Shown piece by piece: positions 35,641 to 42,608 of a stretch of 42,608 bases of DNA. The notes under the pieces are model-generated. The model made no database searches. It worked only from the letters and a program-made list of their open reading frames with translations, and had not been told where the DNA came from. Position numbers and translations under genes: made by a program. The stretch's first letter is position 1; each line of letters opens with the position of its first letter. The DNA comes from Armatimonadota bacterium (GTDB taxonomy: Bacteria > Armatimonadota > Zipacnadia > Zipacnadales > UBA5352): assembly GCA_034722055.1 (NCBI GenBank), contig JAYENL010000036.1:5424-48031 (forward strand), read 5' to 3'.

Positions 35641-36354
35641 ATGGAGCAGCGAGGAGTGGAGAGGGCGATCCTGGCGCTGTGGTGCCGCGAGCTTGGCACG
35701 CTCCTGCGGCTGGAGGTGCCGGTGCTCAGCGCGCTGGAGGTGGTGGCCCAGGAGATCGAGCCCCTGGCGCCGGTCACTGTGGCGCTGGAGACCTCCGTGC
35801 AGGCGGGGGACTCCCTGGCCGAGCGCGTGGCGGAGCTGGACGAGGTCTTTCCTCCCCTCCTGCGCGCGGCCGTGCTGGCGGGCGAGGCGCACGGACGTCT
35901 CGCCGACGCCCTGCTCGGGGTGGCCGACTGCCTGCAGTCGGCCGCCGAGCTGGGGGTGGCACCTACCAGCCGCGCCCGGCTGGCGGAGCTGGCCGAGCAG
36001 TCGGCGCCGGCCCCGGCGGTGGTGCTCTCCAGGCGGCTGCTGAATGAGGCCATCGACCAGGGGGCCCGCAGGCTCCGCGTCACGGGGGGCGCTGACGGCG
36101 GCCTCGCGGAGGTCGAGGTGGGGGGCACCTGGCAGCGGCTCGAGGAGATCGACGCGGAGATCTTCGGGCCGCTGTGCCGACGCGTCAAGCTCATTTCCGA
36201 GATCCCCTACTGGATCTCCGAGCCGGCCGTGGGCACCATCCGTCTGAGCACCGCGGAGAGGGGCGAGTGGAACGTGGCCGTCCAGGCCATCCCCGATGAC
36301 GACGGCATCGGCCAGCATATCGACATGACGCTCGTGCCCCGCGAGCGCCAATGA
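35641..36354 (+). CDS. Fusion of a T2SSF (PilC/GspF) cytoplasmic domain and a degenerate PilB/GspE N2 domain; no ATPase, no TM
   Basis: aa ~13-99: CRELGTLLRLEVPVLSALEVV...VQAGDSLAE...FPPLLRAAVLAGEAHGRLADALLGVAD. aa ~121-233: APAVVLSRRLLNEAIDQGA...RRVKLISEI...PAVGTIRL...VAVQAIP...GQHIDMTL. Confidence 0.75.
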   Translation: MEQRGVERAILALWCRELGTLLRLEVPVLSALEVVAQEIEPLAPVTVALETSVQAGDSLAERVAELDEVFPPLLRAAVLAGEAHGRLADALLGVADCLQSAAELGVAPTSRARLAELAEQSAPAPAVVLSRRLLNEAIDQGARRLRVTGGADGGLAEVEVGGTWQRLEEIDAEIFGPLCRRVKLISEIPYWISEPAVGTIRLSTAERGEWNVAVQAIPDDDGIGQHIDMTLVPRERQ

Positions 36355-36385
36355 CGATTGCAGCGTGCAGGGAGGGGGGACGGAG

Positions 36386-37030
36386 ATGCCCGACACCTCG
36401 CGTTGTCCTCGCTGCAGGGCGAAGGTCTACCCCACCGACGACCGGTGCATGAGCTGCGGGCTGAGGCTCCCTGCGAAGCCCCCAGGCGATGAGCATTCCG
36501 CGGCCACGGAGCAGCCGCCGGAGCAGGAGCCGCGGCCCCAGCAGCAGCCCGAGGAGGCGCCCGAGCCCCCATCAGCACTCCTGGTGTCCGAGGGTACGCC
36601 CGCGCTGCGGGTGGACTGCCCCGCCAGAGGCTGCAGCGGGCTGATTCGCGTCCCGACCGCCCGCGGCTCGTCAGGCCAGACCCTCTGCCCGCTGTGCCGC
36701 CAGCGGTATGACTACACGCTGGGGAGGGCGCGGCTGCAGGAGGAGACGGAGGGCCCGGCACGCGGCGACGTCACCGGCTGGCGCGTGCGCTACCGGGAGC
36801 ATCTGGAGGGTGGGGAGGCTGTCCTCAGCTTCATCGGCCACGCCGACATCGACGTGCGGCCGGACGAGGAGTTCGTCTACCTGGAGGCCCGCGAGGACCC
36901 GACACTGAACGTCTTCCGCAACGTCACCCGTGGGGTCGAGTGGGAGGTACATCCCGCCACCTCCGGGTGCTTCCCCGTCATCGCCCTGCTGCTGGCCTCG
37001 TGCTGCATCCCCCTCGCCATCGCCATGTAG
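36386..37030 (+). CDS. Zinc-ribbon protein with C-terminal membrane anchor, 214 aa
   Basis: CPRC...CMSC, P/E/Q-rich linker, CPARGC...CPLC, terminal hydrophobic GCFPVIALLLASCCIPLAIAM. Confidence 0.75.
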   Translation: MPDTSRCPRCRAKVYPTDDRCMSCGLRLPAKPPGDEHSAATEQPPEQEPRPQQQPEEAPEPPSALLVSEGTPALRVDCPARGCSGLIRVPTARGSSGQTLCPLCRQRYDYTLGRARLQEETEGPARGDVTGWRVRYREHLEGGEAVLSFIGHADIDVRPDEEFVYLEAREDPTLNVFRNVTRGVEWEVHPATSGCFPVIALLLASCCIPLAIAM

Positions 37031-37403
37031 GCCCCGCATGTGACGGCACGACGAGGCCGGGCGTGCCTACGCTTGGCGCGGGCCGTACGGCCCGCATTCG
37101 TTGCCGTCGGAGGGGCCGCACGACGACGGGTGCGAAGCACCCGGAGGAGGTCGGCCCAACACTCCACAAGCCGGCGAGGGCGCCGGCTTCCCAGGATGAG
37201 ATGCCCTCTGCGGCATGCGGCTGTGGAACGCCACGGCCTCGTGGAATGTCGATATCTGGAGGAGGAGTACTCGACGGGCAACACCGAGCTTCGGCCGGTT
37301 TCGCCGGGCTTAGGTGCGAGCTGGCGTGTGAGCGATTCCGTTTGTTGCGCGGGGCCAGCGTGGGACACGCACGCGGGGACCAGGACGTCCCGGCATCCAT
37401 GTC

Positions 37404-38804
37404 ATGACGCAGACACTCATCTCGCCACGGCAGGCCTTCGAACGGCGCATGATCGCCGCCCTCATCGCGGGCGATGCGACGGCCTGCCTGGCTGCCATGG
37501 GCGCCGCGTACGTCCTGCGGGTGCACGTCCCGGAGACGCTGCTGTCGCCACTGGCTCATCCCCCGGAGCTGTATGCCCGGGCCGCGCCGGTGGTAGTCGC
37601 CCTGTGGCTGCTGGCGTTCTTCGCCCGCGACCTCTATGACGTCGGCCGCTTCAGCTCCCCCTTCGCCGAGGCGGTGGCCACGCTCAGCGCCGTCTCCATC
37701 GCCGCCATCCTGGTGGCCGCGGCCTCCTTTCTCTCGCGCACCGACTACTCACGCGCCATGCTCATCCTCTTCTGGCTCTCAGGCATGATCCTGGCCGCCG
37801 GCGAGCGGGCCCTGCTGGCCCGCTACCGCCGGCAGGTGCTGCGGCGGCCCGAGTCCGAGTCCCGGACCGTCATCGTGGGCTGCGGGGAGCTGGGGCAGGT
37901 GGTGGCCGAGCGTATCCGCCGCTACGAGTCCCTCGGCTACACCCTCGTGGGCTTCGTGTCGGTGGACGACGAGAATGGCAGTGCGGGCGGACTGCCGGTC
38001 TTGGGGCGCCTGTCGGAGCTCCCGGCGCTGGTGGGTGAGCATGACATCGACGAGGTCCTGGTGGCCGATCCCGACATCGACGTGGATCGGCTGATGGCCA
38101 TCATCGCGCACTGCCGGGACTTGCCAGTGCAGTTCAATCTGGTCGCCGGGCCTCTGCAGCTTCTCACCGGCTCCATGGAGATCTCGGGACTGGCCGACCT
38201 GCCCGTGGTGCCGCTGGGCGGGAGGAGCTTCGCCTCCTGGCAGCAGGCCGTCAAGCGGGCGATGGACATTCTCGGCAGCCTGGTGCTGCTGGTGCTCAGC
38301 GCCCCGGTGTGGCTGGTCGTGCCGCCATTGATCCGCCGCGAGACCGGCGCCTCCGCCATCTTCCGCCAGACGCGCATCGGCCGCGACGGTCAGCCCTTCA
38401 CCATGCTCAAGTTCCGCACCATGCCCCCGGACGCCGACCCTTACGCCCCCGCGCCCACCGGCGAGGAGGATGAGCGCGTCACGGGCGTGGGACGCTGGCT
38501 GCGCCGCTACTCGCTCGACGAGCTGCCTCAGCTCATCAACGTGCTGCGCGGGGAGATGAGTCTGGTAGGGCCGCGGCCCGAGATGGCCTTCATCGTGCAG
38601 CGCTATCAGCCCTGGCAGCGCCTGCGCCTACAGGTCCGCCCCGGGCTGACGGGGCTGTGGCAGGTGCTGGGCCGCAAGGACCTGCCGCTGGTCGAGAACA
38701 TCGAGTACGACTTCTACTACATCAACAACCGCTCGCTGCTGCTGGACCTGGCGATCCTGCTGCGCACCATCCCCGTGGTGCTGTTCGGCAAAGGGGCTTA
38801 CTGA
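37404..38804 (+). CDS. Polyprenyl-phosphate sugar phosphotransferase (WcaJ/WbaP family priming sugar transferase)
   Basis: Four N-terminal TMs, CoA-binding-like IVGCG...LVGFV domain, KRAMDI, F.Q.RIG..G.PF.MLKFRTM, LRRYSLDELPQLINVLRGEMSLVGPRPE, VRPGLTGLWQV. Confidence 0.93.
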   Translation: MTQTLISPRQAFERRMIAALIAGDATACLAAMGAAYVLRVHVPETLLSPLAHPPELYARAAPVVVALWLLAFFARDLYDVGRFSSPFAEAVATLSAVSIAAILVAAASFLSRTDYSRAMLILFWLSGMILAAGERALLARYRRQVLRRPESESRTVIVGCGELGQVVAERIRRYESLGYTLVGFVSVDDENGSAGGLPVLGRLSELPALVGEHDIDEVLVADPDIDVDRLMAIIAHCRDLPVQFNLVAGPLQLLTGSMEISGLADLPVVPLGGRSFASWQQAVKRAMDILGSLVLLVLSAPVWLVVPPLIRRETGASAIFRQTRIGRDGQPFTMLKFRTMPPDADPYAPAPTGEEDERVTGVGRWLRRYSLDELPQLINVLRGEMSLVGPRPEMAFIVQRYQPWQRLRLQVRPGLTGLWQVLGRKDLPLVENIEYDFYYINNRSLLLDLAILLRTIPVVLFGKGAY

Positions 38805-38969
38805 ACCGCTGACACGTCAGTCCTTCGTTGCAGGCTCAGGTCTATCCCGCTGGGGGAAGCAGGCTCCGCCGCCAGCCACACAGGTCAGACGCGCCCGGCA
38901 GCCGAATATCCCGCTCCCGGAGCGATCCGGTCTATCGGCCACAGTCCATGGGCCGCGTGGGAGGATGAT

Positions 38970-41900
38970 ATGAGCCGAACCAGCGTGCTTCTCCTGAGTT
39001 CCGCCCTGGCTGTGCTCGCACTGCGCGGCACGGGTGCTGCCGAGACCACAGTGACGCCATCTGACCGCAATACATGGGACGTCGAGAACGCGCTGCTGCG
39101 GGTGACTCTGGAGACTGAGACCGGGAGGCTCTCGGTCCTGGACAGGCGCATCGGCTACGAGTGGCGTCAGGCATCGCCCCGTGCATTGGCCACACCGGAG
39201 CTGTCGATTCGTCGGACCACGCGCCCCCTGAAGATCGACGGTGAGCTTGGCGACCGGCCGGGGGAGCCGACCTTCGTGCTGACGCCGGAGATGGTGGCCG
39301 ACGCCCGCGAGGTCGATGGCGCGGATGACCTCAGCGCCCGCGTGTGGTGCCGGTGGGACGAGCAGTTCCTGTACTTCGCGGTGGGCGTCCGCGACCAGCG
39401 GCTGCAGTGGCCTCGGCCCGACCAGGAGCAGTGGTGGGAGGCGGACACGGTCGAGCTCTGGGTCGGCCACGAGCAGATGGCGCTGCTGCCGGCCGGAGAT
39501 ACGGTCCGCACCTGGAGCCGTGAGGGAGCGATCGCGGGCGCCACGGTCGCGATGAGCACGACCGCCGACGGATATCAGATAGAGGCAGGTGTGCCCTGGG
39601 AGGCTCTGGCGGTCGATGTGCAGCCGGTGCCGGGGGCCCGGCTGCGTCTCGCGCTCGGGGTGAATGACAGCGACGACGCCGCCGGCAGGCAGGGACAGCT
39701 CTACTTCCCGCGGACGTGGGTGCACTCGGCCCCGGACACCTTCGCGCGCGCCACGCTGGCGGATGAACGGGGACGCGCGCCGGAGCAGCATGTGCAGCGC
39801 GAGCCGGCGTGCAGGAACGTGCACACGATCGACCAGCCGCCGGTTGGCCTGCGCTACGAGACGGACCTGCGCGAGGCGGGAGGTCGCGAGCTGCCCGCCA
39901 CCGTCAGCCTGCGCGTCCCCGACGAGGAGGCCGACCTGATCGTGGGCATCGAGATGCCCGAGCAGGCCGAGGTCAGCGTGATCCAAGGCCTGGAGCCGCT
40001 GGTTCTCCCCCACGAGGACGCCGAGATCCTGGCGCCCCACTACGGCAACGGAATTGCTGTGCCCGTGACCTCCATGGACTGGCGTGGGAGGAGCTGGTCC
40101 ACCTGGGGCTCGCTGGACATGCCCTGGGTGGGGCTGACGGACGGCGAGAAGGGCTACCTGCTGCTGTTCGAGACCCCGGATGACGGCATGGTTCGGCTTG
40201 AGGGCCTGAGGTCTGACGAGGGCGAGTTGCTCGCCCCGCGCGCCGACTTCCACGGCTGCAAGGGCCGCTTCGGCTATCCCCGGGTGGTGCGCTACCGATT
40301 CGTGGCGGAGGGCGATCACACCGCCATCTGCAAGCGCTACCGCGCCCGGGCCGAGGAGCAGGGGCTGGTGGTGACGCTGCGCGAAAAGGCCCGGCGAGTT
40401 CCCGCCGTTGACAGGCTGATCGGCGCGCCCGACTTCTGGGGCGTGCCGGGTATTGAGTGGTGCCGGGAGGCGAAGGCCGCCGGCATCGAGAGGGCGCTGG
40501 TCAACGGCCGGTGGTCGCCCGAGGACATGCAGCAGATGGTGGATATGGGCTATGTGGTGAGCGAGTACGACAACTACGTGGATCTGCTGGAGGGTGAGCG
40601 GGGACCGGACGGCCGCTACGGGCCGCTCGAGGAGGACGTGCGCATGGACGCGAGCGGCGAGATGGTCAGGGGCTGGCTGACCTGGGACAAGGAGACCCAG
40701 TTCTACAAGCGCTGCTCAGCCACGGCCCGGGAGGCCGCGGAGCGCGAGGTGCCGCCGGTGCTCGAGAAATACCCCTACAACGCCAGGTTCCTGGACGTGA
40801 CGACCGCCAGCGGCCTGCGGGAGTGCTACCATCCGGATCACCCCCTAACGCGGACCGAGGATCGCCGGGAGAATCTGGAGCTGGCGGAGTACGTGAAGGG
40901 GCTGGGGCTGGTACTCGGCGGCGAGCACGGCCGCTGGTGGGGTGCGCCGGTGTACGACTACTGGGAGGGAATGCAGAGCGGCGGCTTCTACTCCTGGCCC
41001 GCGGGCCACGTGGGTCAGGACCTCCCGCACACCCGCGATGAGATCGGCGAGCGGTACCTGACCTGGGGCATCGGCCATCAGCGGCGGGTGCCCCTGTGGG
41101 AGCTGGTGTTCGGCGATTGCCTGGTCTCCACCTGGTACTGGGGCGACAGCACCGGACACCTGTATGAGGCAGCGCCCGAGCTGGCGGACAGGAAGGACGC
41201 ATTCAACATCCTCTACGGCACGGTACCGCTCTTCTGGGTGAGCAGGCCTTTCGGGCTGCACTGGGAACGCCACCGCGAGCGGCTGCTGGAGAGCTACCGG
41301 AACACCTGCAAGCTGCACGAGCAGATCGGGTACGACGAGATGCTCTCTCACGAGTTCGTAACCGAGGACCGCGCCGTCCAGCGCACGCGCTTCTCCTCAG
41401 GGACGCACGTCACGGTCAACTTCGGCGATGAGCCCTACGAGATCGAGGGCGAGAGCGGGAAGTACGTGCTCGGGCAGTACGGCTTCCTGGCCGAGGGCCC
41501 GGATGTCCTGCAGTACAGGGCCCTGAGCGGCCAGGAGGTCACCTTCATCCGGACGCCGGGATACCTCTTCTGCGACGCCGGTGGTGCCCAGCATGACTTC
41601 GGCCCGGTGCAGACGTCCGGTCGCGTCACGGTGCGGAGACCGTCTGAGCACGAGGAGAGGCTGCTGATCGTTCACGCCGGCGGCTCGGCCGCGATCCGGT
41701 TGCAGGAGCTCGCGCCCGATGCGCCCCACGAGGCCGCCGGCCTCCGCATCTTCGCGCTCGACGCCATGGGCCAGCGGATCGGATACCGCCGCGTGGCGCT
41801 GGAGGACGGGCAGCTCAGGCTGCGCGAGACGGACGGTCGGGTGGAGGTGGCCTGGGGGCGGGCGATCGAGGCACCGGACCTGGAGCTGGCGGAGCGTCAC

Positions 41901-42608
41901 GTGGAGCTCGCGCCGCAGCGGATCCGGCAGGGCGAGCCGCTGACTGTGCGCGCGCGGATCACGAACCGCGGCGGGGGGCCGGCGCGACGCGCTCGTGTCA
42001 CGCTGGCGGTAGACGGCCGGGTCACGGCGGAGCGGGCGGTATCCGTGCAGCCGCTGCGCTCTGCTGAGGTTGCGTTCGAGGTGGACACGACGGCTCTCGA
42101 CGGCCGGCGGCGCGTGACCATCTCGGCCACATCCTCCCAGAGGGAGCTCATGACCGCGAACAACGCGGCGACGGTTGAGGCCTTCGTGGCGCCGGATCTG
42201 ACCAGATGGAGTCGGCGGCGGTCGGTCACGGTCACCAATGACGACGTGCGTCGAACAGAGGCCGTGGTGCAGTCGCACATTGACTTCGGCGAGGCCGTGG
42301 CCGTGAGCTCTGTGCGGGTGCTGGAAGACAGTGCCGGGGAGCATGTCCTGGTCCCGGGGCAGTTCGACCCCGCGGATGAACCCGGCGTGGGGCAGCTCCT
42401 GTGGGTGATGCCCGGCGAGACGGCGCCCGGGCAGGTGCGGCGCTTCATCGTGGTCTACGATCCTGCGGAGAGGCCCGAAAGACACCGCGCAGCGCCGGGG
42501 GCGGTGTGGGATGAGCAGGAGCAGTCGATCACGACGGCAGCGTATGGCGCGGTGCTGAGCGAGGGTGCGATCGGCGCGGTCTACAACTTCCTGGGTGATC
42601 TGCCTGCG
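38970..42608 (+). CDS. Large secreted GH129/GH101-like glycoside hydrolase with inserted CBM9-like domain and CARDB-like domain, partial: runs off right edge
   Basis: Not in the ORF track. ATG 38970 after GGAGG; signal peptide MSRTSVLLLSSALAVLALRGTGAA; 'KIDGELGD...DDLSA...WDEQFLYFAV.VRD...GYQIEA.VPW' (CBM9-like); 'LDMPWVG', 'ICKRYR', 'YDNY', 'FLDVTTASGLRECYHPDHPLTR', 'GGEHG', 'RVPLWELVFGD'; 'PDL...VRARITNRG...NN' (CARDB-like). Same frame at the right edge. Confidence 0.75.
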   Translation, partial: MSRTSVLLLSSALAVLALRGTGAAETTVTPSDRNTWDVENALLRVTLETETGRLSVLDRRIGYEWRQASPRALATPELSIRRTTRPLKIDGELGDRPGEPTFVLTPEMVADAREVDGADDLSARVWCRWDEQFLYFAVGVRDQRLQWPRPDQEQWWEADTVELWVGHEQMALLPAGDTVRTWSREGAIAGATVAMSTTADGYQIEAGVPWEALAVDVQPVPGARLRLALGVNDSDDAAGRQGQLYFPRTWVHSAPDTFARATLADERGRAPEQHVQREPACRNVHTIDQPPVGLRYETDLREAGGRELPATVSLRVPDEEADLIVGIEMPEQAEVSVIQGLEPLVLPHEDAEILAPHYGNGIAVPVTSMDWRGRSWSTWGSLDMPWVGLTDGEKGYLLLFETPDDGMVRLEGLRSDEGELLAPRADFHGCKGRFGYPRVVRYRFVAEGDHTAICKRYRARAEEQGLVVTLREKARRVPAVDRLIGAPDFWGVPGIEWCREAKAAGIERALVNGRWSPEDMQQMVDMGYVVSEYDNYVDLLEGERGPDGRYGPLEEDVRMDASGEMVRGWLTWDKETQFYKRCSATAREAAEREVPPVLEKYPYNARFLDVTTASGLRECYHPDHPLTRTEDRRENLELAEYVKGLGLVLGGEHGRWWGAPVYDYWEGMQSGGFYSWPAGHVGQDLPHTRDEIGERYLTWGIGHQRRVPLWELVFGDCLVSTWYWGDSTGHLYEAAPELADRKDAFNILYGTVPLFWVSRPFGLHWERHRERLLESYRNTCKLHEQIGYDEMLSHEFVTEDRAVQRTRFSSGTHVTVNFGDEPYEIEGESGKYVLGQYGFLAEGPDVLQYRALSGQEVTFIRTPGYLFCDAGGAQHDFGPVQTSGRVTVRRPSEHEERLLIVHAGGSAAIRLQELAPDAPHEAAGLRIFALDAMGQRIGYRRVALEDGQLRLRETDGRVEVAWGRAIEAPDLELAERHVELAPQRIRQGEPLTVRARITNRGGGPARRARVTLAVDGRVTAERAVSVQPLRSAEVAFEVDTTALDGRRRVTISATSSQRELMTANNAATVEAFVAPDLTRWSRRRSVTVTNDDVRRTEAVVQSHIDFGEAVAVSSVRVLEDSAGEHVLVPGQFDPADEPGVGQLLWVMPGETAPGQVRRFIVVYDPAERPERHRAAPGAVWDEQEQSITTAAYGAVLSEGAIGAVYNFLGDLPA

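Noticed and set aside
37200..37330. Coding-looking stretch (VECRYLEEEYSTGNTELRPV) in the spacer before the sugar transferase
   Set aside because: No convincing start, SD or family motif; cannot be distinguished from chance.
1..42608. CRISPR arrays, tRNA/rRNA genes, integrases/transposases, selenocysteine or frameshift recoding
   Set aside because: By eye I saw no regularly spaced repeats, tRNA T-loop/acceptor patterns or recombinase motifs, and all recognised genes read through without needing recoding.

Overview
A very GC-rich (about 70% by eye) bacterial chromosomal window with about 37 protein-coding genes and no rRNA, tRNA, CRISPR array or intact transposase that I can see. The housekeeping core is a minus-strand cinA-thpR-recA-recX-rny-ymdB-spoVS run. 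It is surrounded by carbohydrate and envelope genes: a GT-C glycosyltransferase, two large secreted CBM9/glycoside-hydrolase-like proteins, ROK, PIG-L, PfkB, Gfo/Idh/MocA, two URO-D/MtaA-like paralogues, an AlkP-superfamily enzyme and a WcaJ-type sugar transferase. Also present are mtnA, a THUMP-FtsJ methyltransferase, an SPFH/zinc-ribbon operon, a lower-GC TIR-domain gene and a lower-GC DUF433/PIN toxin-antitoxin pair. The gene content suggests a high-GC Terrabacteria lineage such as Armatimonadota (inference only). Most unusual observations: (1) a 237-aa soluble fusion of a PilC/GspF platform domain to a degenerate PilB/GspE N2 domain, with no ATPase and no TM helix; (2) a stand-alone ribbon-helix-helix mini-protein carrying the 'RLRxLGY' tail that the nearby AlkP enzyme lacks; (3) a TPR-fused M48 pseudo-protease; (4) a TIR gene sitting inside a sugar-catabolic gene run; (5) a dispersed REP-like palindrome family, including a nested 235-bp structured element; (6) an 18-codon relic of a URO-D gene. 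All family calls come from motif recognition by eye, not database searches.
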